Positions 18,594-27,939 of a DNA stretch of 64,000 nucleotides are shown here, piece by piece (position 1 is the stretch's first letter; every line of letters begins with the position of its first letter). The DNA lies in the IMG/VR virus record IMGVR_UViG_3300028676_000003, positions 304,550 to 368,549 of that record. One strand, given 5' to 3'. The position numbers and the translations under genes are program-made. The notes below the pieces were generated by a model. The model made no database searches, was not told the DNA's origin, and was given only the letters and a program-made list of their open reading frames with translations.

Positions 18594-19220
18594 ATGATAA
18601 CATTTTTAACATCAGCAACATTCATTTTGTTGTTCAGTATCATTTCAGCGATAATCATAATCGTCGCTTTAGAAATGGAAAGAGAGGGAGTAGCGAGTAC
18701 TTTCTTCTCATTAGCAATTGCCTTGGTATTATACGCACACAGTGCAGAAATACTAGCATTCCTCAGCGCAAACGTCTTAAATACCGTTTACTTTGCCGTA
18801 GGATATGTTATATTAGGCTTAGGTTGGTCGTTCTTAAGATGGAACGAAAAGGTAAAATCAGTCTTTAGAAAACTGAGAGAAAAGAGAGACAAATTCACGA
18901 GCGAATTTGGAAGACTTGACTTCGAAGAAAACCAAAAGAAGTTCAATGAAAAGATTAATTACGATTTCAAAGATGGTAATAACAAGGTCATTACAATTGA
19001 AAACAAAGATTCATTTGAGAAGGTTGTAACAAAGATTACTCCAAAGGGTATTGAGCATAAAGCTCTTATTGTATCTTGGATTTCTTATTGGCCTTTATCA
19101 ATCATCGGAACACTATTGAATAACCCATTCAGAAGATTCTTCAACATGGTTTATGAGTCAGTTTCAGGTTTCTATGATGAAATTGCTAAAAGACAAAAAA
19201 ATAACATCTTAAAGGACTAA
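18594..19220 (+). CDS. multi-pass membrane protein
   Basis: three N-terminal TM segments; WISYWP. Confidence 0.7.
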   Translation: MITFLTSATFILLFSIISAIIIIVALEMEREGVASTFFSLAIALVLYAHSAEILAFLSANVLNTVYFAVGYVILGLGWSFLRWNEKVKSVFRKLREKRDKFTSEFGRLDFEENQKKFNEKINYDFKDGNNKVITIENKDSFEKVVTKITPKGIEHKALIVSWISYWPLSIIGTLLNNPFRRFFNMVYESVSGFYDEIAKRQKNNILKD

Positions 19221-19222
19221 CA

Positions 19223-19426
19223 ATGAGAACAGTAAAGAACGAATATGGCGAAGAAATCCACATCAAATATGAAAATGATGAGCTTTATATTCACCATACT
19301 GACTGTACTGAAGACTTTGTGACTTTAGGACACTTTCTTTTCAATTGCTTTATCAACAACGAAGAATTAGTTTTACTATTCAAAACGATGGCTGAAATGC
19401 AAGCGGAAAGACTTAAAAACAAATAA
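19223..19426 (+). CDS. hypothetical protein
   Basis: tightly packed ORF. Confidence 0.6.
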   Translation: MRTVKNEYGEEIHIKYENDELYIHHTDCTEDFVTLGHFLFNCFINNEELVLLFKTMAEMQAERLKNK

Positions 19427-19427
19427 T

Positions 19428-19928
19428 ATGAAAGTATATCGTTACGAAGAATCAGTTGATGAAGTTTCAAACATACAAGGACCTTCTATATTTCTAGCGG
19501 GACCAACTGTTAGAGGAAATCAACCGCACTTAACGTCATGGCGTTTTGAAGCTATTGAAGAATTTAAACGACAAGGTTTCGAAGGAAGTCTTATCATCCC
19601 TGAATTTACTTCTAAGACTGAATCTGACAAAGGTAAAGAATGGATTCCGTTATGGGAGTCCAATGGTCTTAAAAAAGCTGATGTTATCTTGTTTTGGATT
19701 CCTAGAACAAGAGAATTAATTGCTTTAACAACCAATATGGAATTTGGTTTTTGGCAAGGCAAAGAGCCTCAAAAAATGGTTTATGGTAGACCTGACGATG
19801 CATATCGTATTGGTTATTTGGATGTGATGTGGAAAGCAGTCGCAAAAGAAGAAGGTACTTATGAACCGTTGATTTATAACACAATGGCCGATACTATTTC
19901 TGCCAGTATTAAAAAAGCCATGGTGTAA
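19428..19928 (+). CDS. nucleoside 2-deoxyribosyltransferase-like protein
   Basis: IFLAGPT, SWR, ILFWIPR, TTNMEFG. Confidence 0.75.
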   Translation: MKVYRYEESVDEVSNIQGPSIFLAGPTVRGNQPHLTSWRFEAIEEFKRQGFEGSLIIPEFTSKTESDKGKEWIPLWESNGLKKADVILFWIPRTRELIALTTNMEFGFWQGKEPQKMVYGRPDDAYRIGYLDVMWKAVAKEEGTYEPLIYNTMADTISASIKKAMV

Positions 19929-19954
19929 ATTATTGATTTTATTAGAATCCATGA

Positions 19955-19962
19955 TATTTATA
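19955..19962 (+). promoter_or_regulatory. putative second-class promoter TATTTATA
   Basis: 11 nt upstream of HNH ATG. Confidence 0.35.
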
Positions 19963-19973
19963 TTAAAAGATAT

Positions 19974-20510
19974 ATGGAAACTAAAAAATGTACTAAATGT
20001 GGTTTTGATAAACCAAAAGATGAATTTTTTAAACGTAAAAATTCTAAAGATGGTTGTAGGTCGCATTGTAAATTATGCGAAAAGAAATCTAATTCAGTTA
20101 GAGAGTCAAAATACTCAGAAATTCGTAAAGAATATCGTCAAGGTGAGACTTATAAGAATATAAAACGTGTTTATTATCTAAATAATAAAGATAAAATACT
20201 GAATGAAAACGCTCTATGGAGACAAACCTTCAAAGGGCGTTTATTATCATATAAACGAGCCGCAAAAAAAAGAAATATTATTTGGGGATTAACTGACGAA
20301 GAGTTTTTATCTTTTTGGCAATTATCATGTGATTATTGTGGTGATGAAATTGAAACTATTGGTATTGATAGGGTTGATAATTCTATTGGGTATAATATAG
20401 ATAATTGTAAACCTTGTTGTTCTGTTTGTAATAAAATGAAAATGGATTTAACAGAAACGGAGTTTATAAATAAAATAACAAAAATATTAAATAAATTAAA
20501 AAATGGTTAA
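19974..20510 (+). CDS. free-standing HNH-type (homing) endonuclease with N-terminal Zn ribbon
   Basis: KKCTKC...EF.K...KDG....CKLC; CDYCG, GIDRVDN..GY..DNC.PCC..CN. Confidence 0.85.
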   Translation: METKKCTKCGFDKPKDEFFKRKNSKDGCRSHCKLCEKKSNSVRESKYSEIRKEYRQGETYKNIKRVYYLNNKDKILNENALWRQTFKGRLLSYKRAAKKRNIIWGLTDEEFLSFWQLSCDYCGDEIETIGIDRVDNSIGYNIDNCKPCCSVCNKMKMDLTETEFINKITKILNKLKNG

Positions 20511-20961
20511 ATTTATTGATGGTGACTTGGTAAAACAATCATCAGAATTTGATGTAATAGCACATGGCGCAAATTGTTTTTGTACAATGGGTAGTGGTAT
20601 TGCACCACAAATTAAGCATAAGTTCCCTGAAGCCTACGCAGTTGACTGTGCTACAGTTAAAGGTGATGAAGCTAAGCTTGGAACAATTACTCATACAGTT
20701 GAGCAAAACGAACCGATTGTTGTTAACATCTACAGCCAATATGGGTTTAGTCGTCAACACGGTAAGATGGACTTAGACTACGATGCTTTGCGTTCAGGTT
20801 TAAGGCTTATGAAACAGAAGTTTTCAGGTAAAACCTTTGGACTACCTAAGATTGGGGCTGGACTTGCTGGTGGAGATTGGGACGTGATTATTAAAATCAT
20901 CGAAGAGGAAATGCGTGGCGAGTATGTAACGATTGTAAATTGGGTACCTGATGTTAACTAG
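20503..20961 (+). CDS. macro domain protein (ADP-ribose hydrolase-like)
   Basis: GDL, IAHGANCFCTMGSGIA, LPKIGAGLAGGDW. Confidence 0.9.
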   Translation: MVKFIDGDLVKQSSEFDVIAHGANCFCTMGSGIAPQIKHKFPEAYAVDCATVKGDEAKLGTITHTVEQNEPIVVNIYSQYGFSRQHGKMDLDYDALRSGLRLMKQKFSGKTFGLPKIGAGLAGGDWDVIIKIIEEEMRGEYVTIVNWVPDVN

Positions 20962-21709
20962 TAAAGAATTTATCTCACTAAGTCGTAAAGACTTGGTTGA
21001 TAGACTTAATAGTATTGTTAGTAATATCAAACCTAACGATAGTCCTGAAGGGATTAGACATAAGATGTTTGAATTGCTACAGAAAAATGTTGACTTCAAG
21101 ATTCGACAAGATACTTACAGCGGAAGCGAAATTAGCGGTGTTCTTGATGAACGCTTAAGATTTAGCTTGAAGGTCTCAACTAAGAAAGTTGGTGATAAGT
21201 TTGTTGTAGGTGGTTTTAAGATTTCAGAAATTACATACAGAATACCTCATTATAAGTTTAGTTTTGTTGATATCAATCAATGGACAATTAGGTTAGGCGA
21301 TAGCTTCTATACAACTGGAAAGCCAAATACAATCTATTTGACTCATTTAAGAAAACCTCTTAAAGAGTTATTAAATGTTGAGAAACTTATTGAACTTTCT
21401 GATGAACAAGAGCGAGTATTTGATAAGGATTATAAGGGTTTTTATTACTCATTATCTAAACAAATGGCCGATGGTGTAATTGAAAGACAATTCAGCAAGA
21501 TAACGGAATATGCATTTAAACGAATTAATGCTAAGAAAGAAGACTTAACGTTCTTCCCACAACCTTATCGTGATGAATTACCTGATGAAATGAATGCACT
21601 TGAAATATTTGACCAAATCTGTAAGGTTGTTGCATCAATAAATGCTAGTCTTATGGTTAAAGTCATAAAGGAAGAAATATTTAAGACACTCGATGGTGCA
21701 AGTAATTAA
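20951..21709 (+). CDS. hypothetical protein
   Basis: 252-aa ORF between the two macrodomain genes. Confidence 0.7.
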   Translation: MLTSKEFISLSRKDLVDRLNSIVSNIKPNDSPEGIRHKMFELLQKNVDFKIRQDTYSGSEISGVLDERLRFSLKVSTKKVGDKFVVGGFKISEITYRIPHYKFSFVDINQWTIRLGDSFYTTGKPNTIYLTHLRKPLKELLNVEKLIELSDEQERVFDKDYKGFYYSLSKQMADGVIERQFSKITEYAFKRINAKKEDLTFFPQPYRDELPDEMNALEIFDQICKVVASINASLMVKVIKEEIFKTLDGASN

Positions 21710-22133
21710 AGGCGATATCTTTGACTCTGATACTCAGACACTGGTTAACACTGTTAACTGCGTAGGAGTGATGGGAAAGGGTATCGCTTTGATATTTAAA
21801 CAAAAATATCCTAAGATGTTTGCCCGTTACAAAGAGCTTTGTGATAAGAAGCTGATAAAGGTTGGTAGCCTTTGGTTGTATAAAGCTGAAGCTCAGTGGG
21901 TTTTAAACTTCCCAACCAAGGACCATTGGAGAAATCCAAGTGAAATTGAATACTTGAAATTGGGCCTAAAGAGGTTTGTTGAGACTTATGAGGAAAAGGG
22001 AATAACAAGCATCTCATTTCCGTTGTTGGGAGCCAGCAATGGTGGACTTGACCCTGATGTTTCATTGAGACTTATGAAAGAATATTTAAAAGATGTAAAA
22101 ATTCCTGTTTTTATCTATGATAATCGAAAATAA
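21693..22133 (+). CDS. DarG-like macro domain protein
   Basis: LVNTVNCVGVMGKGIAL.FK, NFPTKDHWR, SISFPLLGASNGGL. Confidence 0.85.
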   Translation: MVQVIKGDIFDSDTQTLVNTVNCVGVMGKGIALIFKQKYPKMFARYKELCDKKLIKVGSLWLYKAEAQWVLNFPTKDHWRNPSEIEYLKLGLKRFVETYEEKGITSISFPLLGASNGGLDPDVSLRLMKEYLKDVKIPVFIYDNRK

Positions 22134-22138
22134 TTTAG

Positions 22139-22146
22139 TACCTTTG
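22139..22146 (+). promoter_or_regulatory. Bacteroidota -7 box TACCTTTG
   Basis: consensus match in intergenic gap. Confidence 0.6.
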
Positions 22147-22170
22147 CATAATAACTCTAAAAAGAAAGAT

Positions 22171-22449
22171 ATGCAAATAGATTGTAGACAAGACTTCATT
22201 GATTTAGGTTTCAAAGAACGTGGCAAATCTGCTAACGTTTGGAGTATTGAAATAAATGACTATACAACTATGGTTTGTCATTTTAGAAATGATAGTTGGT
22301 CGGTTGAGAATTGGTTGACTATTGAATTTGAACAAGGAAGCAAAAAACTTAAAAATAAATTCATCAAGTTTAACAACTTCGTAACAACAAAAGAAGAATT
22401 ATTGTTAATTGTTAATTTAATAATGAAAACCAATAAAAAACAAATATGA
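22171..22449 (+). CDS. hypothetical protein
   Basis: ATG 22171 behind promoter. Confidence 0.6.
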   Translation: MQIDCRQDFIDLGFKERGKSANVWSIEINDYTTMVCHFRNDSWSVENWLTIEFEQGSKKLKNKFIKFNNFVTTKEELLLIVNLIMKTNKKQI

Positions 22450-22889
22450 GTATAATAAAATCGATTTTAACAAATCATTTCGACTATAAGATAAAAAGAA
22501 ATTGGGACCGAACATATTGGGCCTTTGATATTCATGGTACAATCCTAAGACCTAACTATACATACGGCAACACGCCTGATGATTTTTACCCTTGGGCCAA
22601 AGAAACACTTCAACTTATTACGAAGTTACCTGATGTTGTTACATTTCTTTATACTTGTTCTCATCCGCACGAAATAGAAGAGTATATTAAGCTCTTCGCT
22701 TCATTTGATATTAAGTTCAATTATATCAATGAAAACCCTGAAGTTGAAACTGACCTTAAAGGTTACGGAAACTACGATAAGAAACCATATATGAACGTTT
22801 TGTTTGAAGACAAAGCTGGATTTGACCCTGAGAGTGATTGGGAGTTGGTTTATGATTTATTAACTGAAAAATATGGCTCAGCTACCTAG
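22446..22889 (+). CDS. HAD-like hydrolase
   Basis: AFDIHGTI, LYTCS, KPY..VLFEDKAGF. Confidence 0.75.
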   Translation: MSIIKSILTNHFDYKIKRNWDRTYWAFDIHGTILRPNYTYGNTPDDFYPWAKETLQLITKLPDVVTFLYTCSHPHEIEEYIKLFASFDIKFNYINENPEVETDLKGYGNYDKKPYMNVLFEDKAGFDPESDWELVYDLLTEKYGSAT

Positions 22890-23253
22890 AATAGGCGAAT
22901 ATAATAGATTCAGACAACACCGACACGAGTTGGCAGATATGGTCAAGATTGATATGGAATCAGATGAAGTTGTTTATGTTCACAAAACTGAAATAAAAAC
23001 ATTACTTTTAGAATATATCGAAAATGACTTGGATTATTTTTCTAAGAATGCATCTGACAATATCAAAAATGAATTCAGAGAAAGACTTGATACAAAACTC
23101 AAAGACATAGAATCAAGCCTAAATAGTGAAATCAACAAACAATTTGATAGACTTGCTGAACGAATAGTAACAGCAACTACAAATAGAATAATAGAAGCAG
23201 AAGTCAATCGAAGGGTTGATGAGAAGCTTCAAAAATTAAAAGAATTATTATAA
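22873..23253 (+). CDS. coiled-coil hypothetical protein
   Basis: helical heptad-like C-terminus. Confidence 0.6.
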   Translation: MAQLPRIGEYNRFRQHRHELADMVKIDMESDEVVYVHKTEIKTLLLEYIENDLDYFSKNASDNIKNEFRERLDTKLKDIESSLNSEINKQFDRLAERIVTATTNRIIEAEVNRRVDEKLQKLKELL

Positions 23254-23546
23254 TGAAAAGAATTTTAACACTAGTTGCATTTGGTATAATGTTTGCCTTG
23301 ATGCTAACAGGTTGCGCCGATGCGGCTCAAGTAACATGTACAAGCTCCACAGAACACATCTATGGATTTTGGGGTGGAACATGGCACGGAATGATAACTC
23401 TACCATCATTTATTGGTAGTCTTATTTGGGATGATGTTGCAATTTATGCAGTAAACAATAACGGTGCTTGGTACGATTTTGGATTCGTTGGTGGATTCTT
23501 CATCATGTTCAGGTTTGCAGTAGCAATATTAAAACTATTAAGATAA
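23253..23546 (+). CDS. lipoprotein / membrane protein
   Basis: LTGC lipobox; GFWGGTWHG, WYDFGF. Confidence 0.7.
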   Translation: MKRILTLVAFGIMFALMLTGCADAAQVTCTSSTEHIYGFWGGTWHGMITLPSFIGSLIWDDVAIYAVNNNGAWYDFGFVGGFFIMFRFAVAILKLLR

Positions 23547-24292
23547 TGACAAAGAAAAAAATAGCAGTATTTACTGGTGCTGGTGTTAGCAAGGAATCAG
23601 GGGTTGATACATTTAGAGATGCAAAAGACGGATTATGGGAAAACCATAAGATAGCTGATGTAGCAAGTATCACTGGTTGGTTTGCGGACCCAAGCAAGGT
23701 CTTAGGTTTCTACAATGAGAGAAGAAGACAATTACCTACAGTTCATCCAAACAAGGCCCACAGGCTTATTGCTGAACTAGAGAACTACTTTGATGTAACT
23801 GTTATCACACAAAATGTTGATGATTTACACGAAAGAGGTGGTTCAAACAATATTCTTCACTTGCATGGTGAATTAACCAAGGCGAAGAGTTCACACAGAA
23901 CTGGTAAGGCAGGTTACGATATAACTGATTCAGTTGACATTGGATATGAAGATATCAAATTAGGTGACCTTTGTGAAGAGAACAAAGCACAAATGAGACC
24001 TGACATTGTTTGGTTTGGTGAATATCCTTATATGGTAGATAGAGCTTATCAAGCAGTTAGAAATGCTGATATCTTGCTTATCATTGGAACAAGCCTTGAG
24101 ATAACATATACAATCGATATGCTACAGAATGCAAAAACTGATTGTGAAATTATCTATATCGACCCAAGTCCATCAACGATACTTGATAGATATAGCATGA
24201 ACGTTACGTATTTAAAAAAACCTGCGGTAGAAGGAGTTGGAGAAGTAGCAAATCGTTTGATGAACGAGGCTATGCTGAAAGAAGAGGAATAA
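23546..24292 (+). CDS. cobB: Sir2/CobB-family NAD-dependent deacylase
   Basis: TGAGVSKESG..TFRD, TQNVDDLHERGG, HLHGEL, RPDIVWFGE, IGTSL; start ATG 23546. Confidence 0.92.
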   Translation: MTKKKIAVFTGAGVSKESGVDTFRDAKDGLWENHKIADVASITGWFADPSKVLGFYNERRRQLPTVHPNKAHRLIAELENYFDVTVITQNVDDLHERGGSNNILHLHGELTKAKSSHRTGKAGYDITDSVDIGYEDIKLGDLCEENKAQMRPDIVWFGEYPYMVDRAYQAVRNADILLIIGTSLEITYTIDMLQNAKTDCEIIYIDPSPSTILDRYSMNVTYLKKPAVEGVGEVANRLMNEAMLKEEE

Positions 24293-24309
24293 TAACCAAA
24301 TAAATTAAT

Positions 24310-24663
24310 ATGGTTTATTTTAGAGACGGAGTATTACTATCAATTGGTAAGATACAAGACTTCGGAACATTCAAAAAAAGAGAATTTGTTCTGAAGACCC
24401 TTGATTACTACCCTGAAGAAATAAAGATGGAATTCATCAACGAAAATGTTGGAGTTCTTGATAAGTATTCAGTTGGTGAAAAGGTTACCTTAGCGTTCAC
24501 ATTAAAGGGAAACAAACATAACGGCAAACACTTCGTAAACATCAGAGCAGTCGCTATTGGCGAGTACGAAGGTGGACGAACAGAAGCCGAACTTAAGACG
24601 CTAGTCACTATGCACATTGATGTACAAGAGTTGATTAACGCAGGTAAAATAAGCGACAGATAA
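24310..24663 (+). CDS. DUF3127-like OB-fold protein
   Basis: KREFVL.T..YPE.I..EF, V.GEKVT..F.L.G, F.NI.A. Confidence 0.65.
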   Translation: MVYFRDGVLLSIGKIQDFGTFKKREFVLKTLDYYPEEIKMEFINENVGVLDKYSVGEKVTLAFTLKGNKHNGKHFVNIRAVAIGEYEGGRTEAELKTLVTMHIDVQELINAGKISDR

Positions 24664-24950
24664 TGGAAGTAACAGAAGAAGAAAGATTACAAGCTAAAGA
24701 ATTTTGGAACTCTTCGGATATAATGGCTAGAGAATACATTATTAATGAATATGCTACCTATTTGAATATCATTGGTGTTTATGAGGAAGATATAGAGATT
24801 TCTGAACATGATGCATTAGAGATAATGCAAATGGATTGGGAAACACTCATAAAATATGAAGGAGATTATCTACCTGATAGAATGCAAGCAAGTGATTTAG
24901 AAGAAAGTCTATATTATCATTTAGGACTAGCTGATTATAAAAAAGAATAA
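24663..24950 (+). CDS. acidic hypothetical protein
   Basis: coupled ORF. Confidence 0.6.
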   Translation: MEVTEEERLQAKEFWNSSDIMAREYIINEYATYLNIIGVYEEDIEISEHDALEIMQMDWETLIKYEGDYLPDRMQASDLEESLYYHLGLADYKKE

Positions 24951-24952
24951 AG

Positions 24953-25081
24953 ATGAAAATAACAAAATTATTACACGACAAAAAAAATAGAATAGCGAGA
25001 TTCGGTTTTGGTTTACATGACGGAGAATGGTTTATTCGAGTTGATTTATGGTGGTGTGGTTACAGATTAAAAAGCAAATAA
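24953..25081 (+). CDS. 42-aa hypothetical protein (not in ORF track)
   Basis: MKITKLLHDKKNRIARFGFGLHDGEWFIRVDLWWCGYRLKSK fills gap exactly. Confidence 0.5.
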   Translation: MKITKLLHDKKNRIARFGFGLHDGEWFIRVDLWWCGYRLKSK

Positions 25082-25082
25082 A

Positions 25083-25436
25083 ATGTCATTAGTAAGACTA
25101 GAATTAAAAGAAGAACACATCAAGTTACTTAAGCATCTAAGATGGAGCGTAAAAGATAACTTGATTCAAGGTATTTCAAACGATGAAGATGCTGTACCGT
25201 TCGGAGAAAATAACATATACGAGGCAATTGACTTGATTCTTAATGGAATGCCACCAGCATTTGACCCATTTGAAACTGAAGAACTGCCTGAGTATTCTGA
25301 GGAACAGAAAGCAGAATGGGATAAGTTATATGCTGAATTACCTACGGCCTTGGATATTATCTTATTCAACGGAAGCTTCGAATTGGGGAAATACAAGACC
25401 AAGTATCACGACAGACATTGGAAAAAAGAAAAATAA
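25083..25436 (+). CDS. phage hypothetical protein
   Basis: EHIKLL, PFGENN, ELPTALDIIL. Confidence 0.7.
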   Translation: MSLVRLELKEEHIKLLKHLRWSVKDNLIQGISNDEDAVPFGENNIYEAIDLILNGMPPAFDPFETEELPEYSEEQKAEWDKLYAELPTALDIILFNGSFELGKYKTKYHDRHWKKEK

Positions 25437-25440
25437 TTAA

Positions 25441-25477
25441 AATAACCTATCATTTATTTGGTAGGTTATTTTTTTTT
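25441..25477 (+). terminator. intrinsic terminator overlapping promoter
   Basis: AATAACCTA/TAGGTTATT stem plus T-run. Confidence 0.7.
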
Positions 25478-25480
25478 ATG

Positions 25481-25488
25481 TACCTTTG
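25481..25488 (+). promoter_or_regulatory. Bacteroidota -7 box TACCTTTG
   Basis: TTTGGTAG upstream. Confidence 0.75.
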
Positions 25489-25513
25489 TAGGGTAATAAT
25501 AAAATAAGACATT

Positions 25514-25849
25514 ATGGCTTACTTAGGTGAAACACCAATAGAAATTTCAGAAACTGAATTCAAAGACTTCACACCACAAGATTGGGCGTTGTATTACATT
25601 CAAATGTATGGTGGGTTTGATGGAGCACATCACAAAGATTGGGTACTTGACCAAGTAGCTAGAATTCTTCATGGCACACCACTAACTATGGTTGAAGCCA
25701 AATGGGACGACCATGAACCTGAATTACGATTCACTACTGTTGAACCACCATCTCAAGCTTATCTTGATTGGGTTTTAGCTATGAAAGGTGAGTACGATGA
25801 GGAAAATGACGAGTATGAGTATGGATATGATGAAGGAATTGCACCATGA
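25514..25849 (+). CDS. phage hypothetical protein
   Basis: YGGFDGAHHKDWVLDQVARIL. Confidence 0.7.
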   Translation: MAYLGETPIEISETEFKDFTPQDWALYYIQMYGGFDGAHHKDWVLDQVARILHGTPLTMVEAKWDDHEPELRFTTVEPPSQAYLDWVLAMKGEYDEENDEYEYGYDEGIAP

Positions 25850-26094
25850 CATACCTAACAGCCCTAGAAATAGCGAGTAACCATCCAAATGGTGATATCA
25901 AGATAATGGAAGGTCAAGATAAAGAAACTCTTAAATGGGCGGGTTTTATCTTCCTGATGAGAAATGGTGAGATTCATAAGCTTATGATATCTATGGAGCC
26001 AAGTGATATATGGGCGGGATTCGATACTCAAGAAGAAGCTACAACAAAAATGCAAGAGCTTATAGACTTTGCAATTAATTACGTTAACCCTTAA
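25846..26094 (+). CDS. hypothetical protein
   Basis: ATGA-coupled. Confidence 0.6.
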   Translation: MTYLTALEIASNHPNGDIKIMEGQDKETLKWAGFIFLMRNGEIHKLMISMEPSDIWAGFDTQEEATTKMQELIDFAINYVNP

Positions 26095-26103
26095 AACTAA
26101 ACA

Positions 26104-27078
26104 ATGTCACAATCAGTATTAGTATCACTTGACGGCCGTACAGAATTGGCCTTAAATATTATCAAAAGCGTTGCAAAACACTTTGGAGACCCAAACAATT
26201 ATGTCTTTTTAGACTTCGTTAATTCACAAAAATTCTCTGATGGAGAACTATGTGTGGATTATAAAAATTCTATTCGTGGAAAGCGAGTTTATATCCTTAC
26301 AAGTCCGAATACTTCAGACGAGATTATGAAAATGACTCTAGCGATAGATGCCGCTAAGAGAGCGGCCGCAAAGGAAATCATCGTAATTCTACCTTATTTC
26401 CCATATGCCCGTCAAGATAAAAAAGACCAAGCTCGTGGACCAATTGGAGCAACAATTATTTCAAAAATGATTCAAGTTCTTGGTGCTACAGGTATCATTA
26501 CATATGACTTACATGCTGACCAAATTCAAGGTTACTTTGATATTCCAGTAACTCACTTAGAAGGAAAGAATGTCTTTGATTCTTACATTGCTAAGATTGC
26601 TGATGAAGATACTGTTCTTTGTGGACCTGATGCAGGTTCTGCCAAGAGAGTTAAGAGAATGAAAGACCAATTACAAACATATCATAATACTTCACTTAAC
26701 ATTGTCATGTTAGACAAGAGCCGTAAAGAGGCAAATGTTATTGACGAAATGATTATCATTGGTGATGTAACTGGTAAGAACGTTATTATTGTTGATGATA
26801 TGGTTGATACCGCAGGGACACTATGTAAGGCGGCTGAGGTCCTAATGAATGCAGGTGCTAAGAGTGTAAGAGCCGTGATTAGTCATGGTGTTTTATCAGG
26901 TCCAGCTTATGATAGAATCGAAGCTAGTGTTTTAACTGAATTGGTTGTTAGTGATTCATTAGATGTTAAACCAAGTCCTAAGATTAAGGTAATTAGCGTT
27001 GAACAACAAATAGCATTTGCTATCTGTGCAATCAATAGTGATTCAAGTTATGAAGGACTAAGAAAAGAAAGATTCTAA
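26104..27078 (+). CDS. prs: ribose-phosphate pyrophosphokinase (PRPP synthetase) family
   Basis: FSDGE, PYFPYARQDK, DLHADQIQGYF, PDAGS, IIVDDMVDTAGT, HGVLSG. Confidence 0.92.
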   Translation: MSQSVLVSLDGRTELALNIIKSVAKHFGDPNNYVFLDFVNSQKFSDGELCVDYKNSIRGKRVYILTSPNTSDEIMKMTLAIDAAKRAAAKEIIVILPYFPYARQDKKDQARGPIGATIISKMIQVLGATGIITYDLHADQIQGYFDIPVTHLEGKNVFDSYIAKIADEDTVLCGPDAGSAKRVKRMKDQLQTYHNTSLNIVMLDKSRKEANVIDEMIIIGDVTGKNVIIVDDMVDTAGTLCKAAEVLMNAGAKSVRAVISHGVLSGPAYDRIEASVLTELVVSDSLDVKPSPKIKVISVEQQIAFAICAINSDSSYEGLRKERF

Positions 27079-27416
27079 TGGACTATATTAATATAATCGC
27101 AAGACTTATCTTATACATTGAAAATAATGATTTTAAGGTAATATTCCCATCAACTACACTTTCGGATGATATTAGCGGTCAAATCAATTATATGAGGAAG
27201 GACATTCATGTAAATGAAGATTCACCCGAAGAGGTTATGTATACACTTATACATGAAGCGGGTCATATGCTTTCTTATATTAGATTATTTGAACAACAAA
27301 AACAAAGACAACCTAGTAAGGAAAGGAGAGAATTATTCGCTTTACATTATGGTTGGAAGGTTATAAAGGACCTAGAATTACCCATTACGAAAGAAATGTG
27401 GAGACAAAACTGTTAA
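27078..27416 (+). CDS. HExxH metallopeptidase-like protein
   Basis: TLIHEAGH ... E..A. Confidence 0.55.
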   Translation: MDYINIIARLILYIENNDFKVIFPSTTLSDDISGQINYMRKDIHVNEDSPEEVMYTLIHEAGHMLSYIRLFEQQKQRQPSKERRELFALHYGWKVIKDLELPITKEMWRQNC

Positions 27417-27425
27417 TAAACAACA

Positions 27426-27818
27426 ATGGAAGATAAAGAAAAAGAAAAAGTAGAAAAGATTATTTGTGTTTTAAACACACATATAGATGAGTTAACCATA
27501 TCGGGTGATATGATTACTTATAAGAATTACGAGAAAGATGTGATTGATGATATCATCATGTTTTATCCAACAACAAAAATGTTTGGTAGAATCTACAAAC
27601 CTCGTACTGTATTTGGTATTCAAGTAGGTTCGAAAATTGAAACTGAGGCTAGGGTTGAAAAATATGCTCATTTATATGCTAGAATTGATGGTTATTCATT
27701 CGATGCTGATGTTGAATGGTCAATGCTTTCTGAACTTCACGAGAAGATGAGCAAGATTAAGGAAGATAAGTTTATTGAAGATTTAAACAAATTATGTGAT
27801 GGAGAACAAAAAGTTTAA
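27426..27818 (+). CDS. hypothetical protein
   Basis: ORF. Confidence 0.65.
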   Translation: MEDKEKEKVEKIICVLNTHIDELTISGDMITYKNYEKDVIDDIIMFYPTTKMFGRIYKPRTVFGIQVGSKIETEARVEKYAHLYARIDGYSFDADVEWSMLSELHEKMSKIKEDKFIEDLNKLCDGEQKV

Positions 27819-27939
27819 CTTAGAACCATCAGAGAACCAAGTTGACTTGTTCATTGTGTTATGTATCTTTTTACTAGCACTTAATGGATGTGACGGTTGG
27901 GGTTGGTTAATATTCATTTTATTCGTAAGAAACTCATGA
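27799..27939 (+). CDS. 46-aa membrane peptide (not in ORF track)
   Basis: MENKKFNL...FIVLCIFLLALNGCDGWGWLIFILFVRNS; ATGA-coupled to next gene. Confidence 0.5.
   Translation: MENKKFNLEPSENQVDLFIVLCIFLLALNGCDGWGWLIFILFVRNS

Noticed and set aside
14755-27078. NARP1 (Adps-Namat) call
   Set aside because: The Prs-like and NAMPT-like genes are about 10 kb apart and an NMNAT is present; substrate cannot be read from sequence, so it is kept only as an alternative.
27799-27939. Suspected frameshift in a small membrane ORF
   Set aside because: On recount the T-run is 5 nt and the 46-aa frame is intact.
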